A DNA stretch of 64,000 nt, taken from the IMG/VR virus record IMGVR_UViG_3300021387_000074; one strand, written 5' to 3'. This DNA is from a virus. Taxonomy: Duplodnaviria; Heunggongvirae; Uroviricota; Caudoviricetes. The notes under the pieces were generated by a model. That model was given only the letters and a program-made list of their open reading frames with translations, did not search any database and was not told the origin of the DNA. The translations under genes were made by a program, and so were the position numbers. Below, piece by piece: positions 1 to 6,635 of this stretch (position 1 is its first letter; each line of letters starts with the position of its first letter).

Positions 1-442
1 TTATTCTGACACAATTGCTCAATTAGCAGAAGAAAATGAAGCTTTAAGAAGAGAACAGGAAATCATGGAAGGCGCTCAAACTCTATCAGAACTTTTGGCT
101 CCTTACTCTGATAAGACACAAAAGTTGGTTCTTTCTTTGATTAAAGAAGGAAGCCCAGAAGAGGTAACAGAACAGTTCTACACAATTATGGAATCATTGC
201 AGGATGTTTTCGGCGAAGCTGAAGACAACAATGAAGACGATGACGACACAGATGATGAAGACAAAGGTTCTAAAAAATCTGGCGACGACGATGATGGTGA
301 TGACGAAGACGACGATGACGAAGACGAAGACGACTTAGACGAAGACTTCATTAATGAAGGATTTGACGGAGACGACGACGAAGACGACGGAGACGTTCTT
401 GGTTCTGTAAAAAACATTATGAAACAATATTCAATAAGATAA
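1..442 (+). CDS. Prohead core/scaffold protein (gp22-like), 5'-truncated by window edge
   Basis: Frame is open from position 2 upstream of the ORF-track start at 65; helical segment then a long D/E tract; lies directly before the major capsid gene. Confidence 0.65.
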   Translation, partial: YSDTIAQLAEENEALRREQEIMEGAQTLSELLAPYSDKTQKLVLSLIKEGSPEEVTEQFYTIMESLQDVFGEAEDNNEDDDDTDDEDKGSKKSGDDDDGDDEDDDDEDEDDLDEDFINEGFDGDDDEDDGDVLGSVKNIMKQYSIR

Positions 443-443
443 T
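436..443 (+). promoter_or_regulatory. Putative phage late promoter variant AAGATAAT
   Basis: One-mismatch variant of the recurring AAGTTAAT motif, followed by SD AGGAGG and the capsid ATG. Confidence 0.55.
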
Positions 444-459
444 TTAGGAGGATTTTTGA

Positions 460-1974
460 ATGTTAAATACTAACTTTATCGAAAAAAATCAGTATGAAGA
501 ACAGCTTAACAATAGATGGGATTGGATTACTGAAGACATCGACGATGCAGAAACAAAACTTAACACTCAGTTAGTTCTTGAAAACTCGTATCGTTATATG
601 ATTACTGAGGGATTAATCCCTAGATCTTGGCTCGAGAACAACGTTCTTTCAGAAGACGTTCTCGAAGAAGCTCCACAGATGAGAGGCGCAGTTGGTGATT
701 ATGTTATCCCTAAGGTAATGTTCCCAATCATCAGACGTGTTATGCCAGAACTTATCGCTAACAAATTGATTTCAGTTCAGCCAATTCAGCAGCCAACTGG
801 TGTAATCTACTACATCAACTATGACTACTCTACAACAAAGGGCGAAATCAAAGCTGGCGACGAATTCTCTGCTAACCCACAGCAGACAACACCTGCTTTC
901 GCTACTTGGTATTCAAGTGAAAAAATCGGACCATTCGTTGCAACTGTTGACAGTGCTAACGTTGGTGCAGACGCAAACGTTAAATTTGTTGGTGGAAAGG
1001 CTATTACAGACTTCCTCGGAACAGATGTAACAAAATATAAGATTAAACGTTTCGAAGTTTACAATACAACTACTGGTAAAGCTATTGCTACTGTTTACGG
1101 TGCAGCAGCTGGTGCAGCAGCAAATGTAACTTACGACGGAGTAAAGGGTGAATTCACTGTTAAAGTTCCAGCTTCAGCTATGGCTAGCGGAAAAGACAAT
1201 GCATTCAAGGCTTTCTTGGTTTATGATCAGGAAGGATCAAGCTTCATTCCAGAGATGGAATTCCACATCGACCACATGAACGTTGAGACAACTGAACGTA
1301 AATTGAAGGTTAGATGGACAAAAGAAGCTGAACAGGATATGATGGCTTACCACAAGATCGACGTAGAACAGGAACTTGTAAAAGTTGCAGCAGTTCAGAC
1401 AAACTACGAAATCGACCGTGAAGTATTGAGATTCATCGATGACCACATCATCACTGAACTTTCTCAGAGCCACAACTGGACAGACGACGCAGCAACAACT
1501 GGAAACAATACTCAGGGTAACTACCTTGATAGACATCGTTGCTTGGCACAGAAGCTTTACGCAGCTTCTACAAAGGTTGCAACATTCAACCACCTTGGAC
1601 CATGTGATTGGGCTGTTTCTTCTCCAAAGATTGCAGCAGTTCTTCAGATGCTCCCAGATTGGAAAGCAGGAGAAATTGCTAATGGTAAGACAACTTACTA
1701 CAACGCAGGTTCTCTCGGAAACGGTTCTTTGGCTATCTATGTAGATCCAAACAGAACTGGTGGACAGGAAGACGAACTTACACTTGGTTACAAGTCTAAG
1801 GATTCAACATACGGAGCTGGTGTAGTTTACTCACCATATGCTAACTGGATGTCAGGAACAGTTGTTAATCCAGACAACTTCAACAACATCCGTGGTTTCT
1901 TCAACAGATATGCTTTGAGCATGGCACCAAGAGGACAGTACAACTACGCTCGTGTAACAATCAACAACATCTAA
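460..1974 (+). CDS. Major capsid protein (T4 gp23-like)
   Basis: Motifs PIIRRVMPELIANKLISVQPIQQPTGVIYY, RKLKVRWTKEAEQD, EIDREVL, GYKSKDSTYGAGVVYSPY typical of gp23; SD AGGAGG. Confidence 0.95.
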   Translation: MLNTNFIEKNQYEEQLNNRWDWITEDIDDAETKLNTQLVLENSYRYMITEGLIPRSWLENNVLSEDVLEEAPQMRGAVGDYVIPKVMFPIIRRVMPELIANKLISVQPIQQPTGVIYYINYDYSTTKGEIKAGDEFSANPQQTTPAFATWYSSEKIGPFVATVDSANVGADANVKFVGGKAITDFLGTDVTKYKIKRFEVYNTTTGKAIATVYGAAAGAAANVTYDGVKGEFTVKVPASAMASGKDNAFKAFLVYDQEGSSFIPEMEFHIDHMNVETTERKLKVRWTKEAEQDMMAYHKIDVEQELVKVAAVQTNYEIDREVLRFIDDHIITELSQSHNWTDDAATTGNNTQGNYLDRHRCLAQKLYAASTKVATFNHLGPCDWAVSSPKIAAVLQMLPDWKAGEIANGKTTYYNAGSLGNGSLAIYVDPNRTGGQEDELTLGYKSKDSTYGAGVVYSPYANWMSGTVVNPDNFNNIRGFFNRYALSMAPRGQYNYARVTINNI

Positions 1975-1995
1975 TTTTAGAAATTAGTTGATTTA

Positions 1996-2027
1996 AACCC
2001 CGTTCGAAAGAGCGGGGTTATTTTTTT
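1996..2027 (+). terminator. Intrinsic terminator of capsid gene
   Basis: AACCCCGTTC-GAAA-GAGCGGGGTT stem followed by a T7 run. Confidence 0.9.
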
Positions 2028-2034
2028 GACAAAT

Positions 2035-2065
2035 AAAAAAGGCTACCAAATTTGGTAGCCTTTTT
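2035..2065. terminator. Bidirectional terminator downstream of flagellin
   Basis: A6-GGCTACCAAA/TTTGGTAGCC-T5. Confidence 0.85.
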
Positions 2066-2110
2066 ACTTTTCTCCTTTCTATGGCGAGAACCCCTCCGAA
2101 GTCGCCGTTT

Positions 2111-2959
2111 CTATTTTAACAACGCTAATACATTTTGTGATTGTGAGTTTGCTTGACTAAGCATAGCGACAGAAGCCTGAGAAAGAACCTGCTGCTTTGT
2201 ATATTCTACCATTTCAGTAGCCATATCAGCATCACGAATTCTTGATTCTGCAGCTTGTGTGTTTTCAGCTGCTACATTAATTCCTTTCTGTGCCATCTCC
2301 ATTCTGTTCTGATAAGCACCAAGATCTGCTCTCTGCTTATTAACATTTTTCAAAGCTTCATCAAGTGTGGCAATTGTTGTATTTGCCTCATCAGGTGATG
2401 AAATAGAAATCTGATTGTCTTCACCCTGGATACCTTTCAGCCCAAGAGCAGAAGCAGTCATTGTTCCTATATATGCTCTGATATTCTGATCTGCGTTTGC
2501 ACCAACCTGGAATTGCATTACAGTATCAGAATCTTTTGAGAATCTTCCAGTTAATAAATTCATTCCGTTAAACTGTGCTGAAGAAGCAATTCTGTCAACT
2601 TCTGCTACAAGCTGAGAAACTTCTACCTGAATCTGCATTCTATCTTCATCTGAGTATACACCATTTGAAGCCTGAACTGCAAGTTCACGAATTCTCTGAA
2701 GAACATCAGTTGTTTCTGCTAGATAACCTTCTGCTACCTGAACAAAAGAAACAGCATCTCCAATGTTTCTTGAAGCCTGATTAAGACCACGAATTTGAGA
2801 TCTCATCTTTTCAGATACAGCCAAGCCAGATGCATCATCACCTGCTTTGTTAATTCTTTCACCACTTGAAAGCTTTGCCATTGAATTCTGTAAGTTTGCC
2901 GCATTAATTCCTTCTTGGCGACTAGCAAACAAACTTGCCATATTGTGATTTATTACCAT
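2111..2959 (-). CDS. flaB: Flagellin, spirochaete FlaB-type filament core protein
   Basis: MVINHN start, [70 protein letters not shown]; 282 aa with only D0/D1 domains; VEVSQL and DRIAS motifs as in Treponema FlaB. Confidence 0.97.
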   Translation of the reverse strand: MVINHNMASLFASRQEGINAANLQNSMAKLSSGERINKAGDDASGLAVSEKMRSQIRGLNQASRNIGDAVSFVQVAEGYLAETTDVLQRIRELAVQASNGVYSDEDRMQIQVEVSQLVAEVDRIASSAQFNGMNLLTGRFSKDSDTVMQFQVGANADQNIRAYIGTMTASALGLKGIQGEDNQISISSPDEANTTIATLDEALKNVNKQRADLGAYQNRMEMAQKGINVAAENTQAAESRIRDADMATEMVEYTKQQVLSQASVAMLSQANSQSQNVLALLK

Positions 2960-2963
2960 ATAC

Positions 2964-2979
2964 TACCCCTCCTTGGGTA
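2964..2979 (-). promoter_or_regulatory. CsrA-type hairpin containing the flagellin Shine-Dalgarno
   Basis: Minus strand TACCC-AAGGAG-GGGTA: 5-bp stem with ANGGAN hexaloop, 4 nt before the ATG. Confidence 0.65.
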
Positions 2980-2986
2980 TAAAAAA

Positions 2987-3014
2987 TTATCGGCAGATTT
3001 CTCTGCCGACTTTA
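2987..3014 (-). promoter_or_regulatory. Sigma28 (FliA/SigD)-type promoter of flagellin
   Basis: Minus strand TAAA-N16-GCCGATAA; exact -35 and -10 consensus; overlaps inverted repeat TCGGCAGA/TCTGCCGA (2990-3009). Confidence 0.8.
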
Positions 3015-3015
3015 A

Positions 3016-3405
3016 TTATTCGTCCCAATCAAAATCTTCTTTGGCTTCGGACGCTCTCGAAGCTGCAGTTGCAACTCCTTTTCTTGTGCTTTCTACTGGC
3101 CCAGCAATTTCACTTGCTTTTACAATTGCGTTTTTTTGGATTCTTCTCTTGTTAGTAACAGTGTCTTTTACTAGACCTGAATCATATATAAAATAACCGT
3201 TATCTAATTCGATGTAGTTTCCTTTCATTAAAACAACATAATCATCGTCTGATATTTCTTGCCCAGTAGTTATTGCACCTACTTGCCTAACCTTTGCTAA
3301 TCCTTTATTTCCGTTTGCGCCTTTTATGGCTTTTACAGTATAAGAATCAGCAAAAAGAAGACTTGTGAATAATGCTAAAAAAGCAATCACAAAAAGTTTT
3401 TTCAT
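3016..3405 (-). CDS. Small exported protein with signal peptide
   Basis: MKKLFVIAFLALFTSLLFA-DS type I signal peptide; C-terminal TAASRASEA plus acidic tail; SD AGAGGAG. Confidence 0.75.
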   Translation of the reverse strand: MKKLFVIAFLALFTSLLFADSYTVKAIKGANGNKGLAKVRQVGAITTGQEISDDDYVVLMKGNYIELDNGYFIYDSGLVKDTVTNKRRIQKNAIVKASEIAGPVESTRKGVATAASRASEAKEDFDWDE

Positions 3406-3425
3406 TTCGAATCTCCTCTTGTGTA

Positions 3426-3433
3426 ATTAACTT
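3426..3433 (-). promoter_or_regulatory. Putative late promoter AAGTTAAT
   Basis: Exact motif 20 nt upstream of the 3405 start. Confidence 0.6.
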
Positions 3434-3435
3434 TT

Positions 3436-3972
3436 TTAAATCAAATCCTCTCTTCCAATAAATGTCAAAGCCTTTGCACGATTTTTGTGAATTATATCAT
3501 AGTTAGGATATGACAACTTGCTTGTTCCGCGGGTATGAGAATAAATCTCTGGGAAGAAATAGCATCTTGATCTAATATAGAAGAAATTCCACAAATCTAA
3601 ATCCTTGTTTTTTATGGCTCTTCCATCCTTTCCTTCTTTTCTTGCGATTGCATCCTTCAATGCCTCTGCAATACCAACGATTGGAATATCGTCATCCTTA
3701 TTTGATTTATAAACAGAACCGATGAAAACTTCTCCATTTTCACCTTTAATTGCCACCAATGTTCCGCGTGGCTTCGTTCTTTCAAGCTGAAGTCTTCCGT
3801 TTCCAACTTCCTTTCCAATGAACCCGTCGCGAATTCTCAAAGAAATGAAACCGTTGTTTCCATGTTCCTTTCTAAATTCATCAACGAACTTCTGTGCTTC
3901 ATCTCGTGCTTTATTACGAGCTTCTCTTTTCTCTGCTGCTCTCTTCTTAGCAGCTTCTTCAAATTTATTCAT
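3436..3972 (-). CDS. Hypothetical protein
   Basis: 178-aa ORF with SD AAAGGAG, in a tightly packed operon. Confidence 0.8.
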   Translation of the reverse strand: MNKFEEAAKKRAAEKREARNKARDEAQKFVDEFRKEHGNNGFISLRIRDGFIGKEVGNGRLQLERTKPRGTLVAIKGENGEVFIGSVYKSNKDDDIPIVGIAEALKDAIARKEGKDGRAIKNKDLDLWNFFYIRSRCYFFPEIYSHTRGTSKLSYPNYDIIHKNRAKALTFIGREDLI

Positions 3973-3985
3973 CTTTTTCTCCTTT

Positions 3986-4360
3986 CTATTTTAATGTTAA
4001 ATGATTAGTCCATTCGTAAGTGCAATATACTTGTTTGGCCCACTCATACTTCTTTTCTTCTGCCATATTTTCGGGGCAGTAATGCATTGACGTAACTTCC
4101 ATAGCGGATTCAAGAGCTTTTCTTCTTACTAAAACATTATTAATATGTTTACTTTCAAAGAACTTATCAATCTTTAATGAAGTGTTTAAGGTTCTTTTAC
4201 CAAGTCCATCCATATGTAAGATTGCCGAAGCAAAACTCGGATCATTATTTAGTTCTTCAACCGCAGAAATAGCATCTTTTAAAAGACTTAAGTTATCAGC
4301 GTCCGTATAAACAATTCCGAGCCTTTTCATTTTTTCTTCAAGTTCTTTAATCTCACTCAT
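3986..4360 (-). CDS. Hypothetical protein
   Basis: 124-aa ORF abutting the radical SAM stop codon. Confidence 0.75.
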   Translation of the reverse strand: MSEIKELEEKMKRLGIVYTDADNLSLLKDAISAVEELNNDPSFASAILHMDGLGKRTLNTSLKIDKFFESKHINNVLVRRKALESAMEVTSMHYCPENMAEEKKYEWAKQVYCTYEWTNHLTLK

Positions 4361-4361
4361 A

Positions 4362-5681
4362 CTAAAAATTATAAACCATTACTGCATTTTTGTCAACACT
4401 TCCAACAGTTGATTGAAATCCTTCTTCGAATTTTTCCTCAGCATAAGATTTTCCAGATACACATGGTCTTGGCGCCCATTTAGACTCACATCTCTTTCCT
4501 TGCCTGAAATGGTCAAATTGTTCAACCCCAAGATTTTCTGATTGACAAAGATTTTGCAGCATCAAGACTTCTCCAACTGGAGGATTTTCGCCCCCACAGA
4601 GTTCTTCGTAGAATTTTAAAGTTTCTCTAGCTGCATCCCAAAAATTCCACTTTCTATGTTGATGGATTAATGGGTGCCTATCAAAATCTTGAAATTCTTC
4701 GTAAAATAGCATATCAGGGCCAATCATTGAATATGCGGCTTTATCACCATTCTTATATGTTCCCATACCAAATGTTGAATAGCCTTGTTCATGTTCCCAG
4801 GCCATATCTGACAATGAATTAATATAAACATTAAAATCATCAATAATTGGTGATTTTGGCTTATAAAGCCTTGTAGCGGCAACATTAAAATTGCCATTCA
4901 AAGTTCCTTCTGGGTTTATATAACCTGGAATATAAGTTCTTACCGCTCTGCTTATTCTTCTATAAACGTCTGCAGCATTAAAATTATCCAAGTTGTATTT
5001 ATTTTGATATAATACAGAGATAGTTATTTCATCTGGAAAGAAGCAATACTTATTTGTAAGTTTAAAAAGATCTTCCGTTAAAACATCATCCCAACCTTGT
5101 TTAGTTGTCCAATATGTTATAAGATCTATAGCGATATTCATATCTAAATCTCTAGCGTATTGCATACACTGAAAAGCGTTTTGGTAATCGGGGATTAATC
5201 TGCCTTGTTCTATTAGAATATCATTATCAAAAGTCTGAAAACAAAATATCAATGTAGTAAAATTATGACTTTTTAATACGTTGATAAACTCCTTAGTTAT
5301 TAAAGCAGGATGAAGCTCTATTATTTTTCTAGGAGCTTTTTCTAAATATTCAGGCATAGATTTTAGGTATTTATCAAAGTCTTCTGGCGACAAATAATTA
5401 GGGGTTCCGCCGCCAAAATTAACCATTTCTATTGCCTGATTTTTTAGAATACTGTCATACTCTTTGAAGAGATGTGGCATATAGTCAAAATAGAATTTTT
5501 GAACTTCTTCTTCTGTATGATTGCTTTTTGGACAACCTTTATGCATACAGTAGCCACAATTGGCTTGTGTTTTACAGAATGGATTATGTAGATATACGAC
5601 CGTTGGTCTAACGTTTTTTTCCCACATTTTTCTATAACTAACGATGTCTACTACATTTCCACTAAATTCTAACATTGCCAC
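4362..5681 (-). CDS. HemN/HemW-like radical SAM protein
   Basis: YLHNPFCKTQANCGYC (CX5CX2C), FGGGTPNYL, ELHP, FQTFD, IAIDLI; start could be the ATG at 5675. Confidence 0.85.
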   Translation of the reverse strand: MAMLEFSGNVVDIVSYRKMWEKNVRPTVVYLHNPFCKTQANCGYCMHKGCPKSNHTEEEVQKFYFDYMPHLFKEYDSILKNQAIEMVNFGGGTPNYLSPEDFDKYLKSMPEYLEKAPRKIIELHPALITKEFINVLKSHNFTTLIFCFQTFDNDILIEQGRLIPDYQNAFQCMQYARDLDMNIAIDLITYWTTKQGWDDVLTEDLFKLTNKYCFFPDEITISVLYQNKYNLDNFNAADVYRRISRAVRTYIPGYINPEGTLNGNFNVAATRLYKPKSPIIDDFNVYINSLSDMAWEHEQGYSTFGMGTYKNGDKAAYSMIGPDMLFYEEFQDFDRHPLIHQHRKWNFWDAARETLKFYEELCGGENPPVGEVLMLQNLCQSENLGVEQFDHFRQGKRCESKWAPRPCVSGKSYAEEKFEEGFQSTVGSVDKNAVMVYNF

Positions 5682-5881
5682 AACCCTGGTGGATTTTCCA
5701 CCTCATAATCATCAATTTCGTGTTTTCTCTTTGTTTTGATATTGATAAAGTTATTTGGCAATAGCTCAACTTTGTCTATCACCAAATCTCCATCAATTTC
5801 TACATAACTTTGTGCTTTGCCTTGATGAGCCCAATCTTGTAAAATATTACATAACTGGGCTACTGTCATATACTCACCCAT
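5669..5881 (-). CDS. Small hypothetical protein
   Basis: 70-aa ORF overlapping both neighbours by a few nucleotides. Confidence 0.65.
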   Translation of the reverse strand: MGEYMTVAQLCNILQDWAHQGKAQSYVEIDGDLVIDKVELLPNNFINIKTKRKHEIDDYEVENPPGLWQC

Positions 5882-6371
5882 TAGCTGTTCCTGTGGAGGC
5901 CCCGTAGCCTTTATTACCGCGCTCTGTTTCTCTATCTTCCCAATTTGCTTCTTCGGTAAATGGAATAAGAGTAGGAATTAACTGAGCAATTTTGGAACCT
6001 TTTTTAATAACAATTTTCTTAAACATATTGTTATTTCTAATTACAACTCCAACATTTCCAGTATATTCGATATCTACAACGCCTGCTTTTGTTGAAAGCT
6101 TGAGCTTGTAAGCGTTTCCACTTGTGTCTTTTATAAGAGCATAAGCGTTCCAACCTGCTGGTGGTGTCATCTGAATAGCCAAGCCAGTCTTAATAAGCAC
6201 TGTCTGATGCGCTCTAATTACCAAATCTTCATCAGAAAACAAATCAAAGCCTGCATCTGTTTCATGTGCTTTTTTTGGTATAATAGCGGTTGGTGAAAGC
6301 TTCTTCCATGCTACTTTTACTACTGTCTTTTTAGGTGTTTTTGGTTTTTTTTGATTACTTGTTTCTGCCAT
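5874..6371 (-). CDS. dut: Trimeric dUTPase
   Basis: Motifs AGFDL, DTSG (normally RSG), GVVDIEYTG, IAQLI, RGNKGYGAST. Confidence 0.9.
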   Translation of the reverse strand: MAETSNQKKPKTPKKTVVKVAWKKLSPTAIIPKKAHETDAGFDLFSDEDLVIRAHQTVLIKTGLAIQMTPPAGWNAYALIKDTSGNAYKLKLSTKAGVVDIEYTGNVGVVIRNNNMFKKIVIKKGSKIAQLIPTLIPFTEEANWEDRETERGNKGYGASTGTANG

Positions 6372-6562
6372 TACTCTGATGCCTCTTTAATACCTTTTTC
6401 GTTAAAAATCTTTCTAAGAGAGTCGATTGCTTCTCCCATCATTTTAGAAGCCTCGTCTACTGTTGGTGCTTCTGTTGTAACATCCATCTGGCCAGCACCT
6501 TTTGAGGTCTGTTTAAAATTAAGTCTGGCTCTTGTATTAGGAATATTTGCTGTATCTTCCAT
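6371..6562 (-). CDS. Small hypothetical protein
   Basis: 63-aa ORF, SD AAAGGAG, first gene after a sigma70 promoter. Confidence 0.75.
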   Translation of the reverse strand: MEDTANIPNTRARLNFKQTSKGAGQMDVTTEAPTVDEASKMMGEAIDSLRKIFNEKGIKEASE

Positions 6563-6584
6563 ACTTTTCTCCTTTCTTGACTAA

Positions 6585-6613
6585 ATTATACTAGAGCCAA
6601 TAATTTATGTCAA
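6585..6613 (-). promoter_or_regulatory. Consensus sigma70 (early) promoter
   Basis: Minus strand TTGACA-N17-TATAAT, exact consensus. Confidence 0.9.
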
Positions 6614-6619
6614 GTTAAT
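6612..6619 (+). promoter_or_regulatory. Putative late promoter AAGTTAAT
   Basis: Exact motif 16 nt before the ATG at 6636. Confidence 0.65.
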
Positions 6620-6635
6620 TATATTGGAGACTTAA

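Noticed and set aside
178-417. Ser-rich antisense ORF and the many other short overlapping ORFs in the track
   Set aside because: Shadows of low-complexity or codon-biased genes on other frames; no RBS or promoter support
2111-2959. Flagellin as host chromosome at a prophage edge
   Set aside because: Phage genes and phage promoter motifs lie on both sides, and no other flagellar genes, integrase or att site are visible
5669-5881. RiPP precursor for the radical SAM enzyme
   Set aside because: No leader/core pattern, and no SPASM, RRE, transporter or protease partner visible
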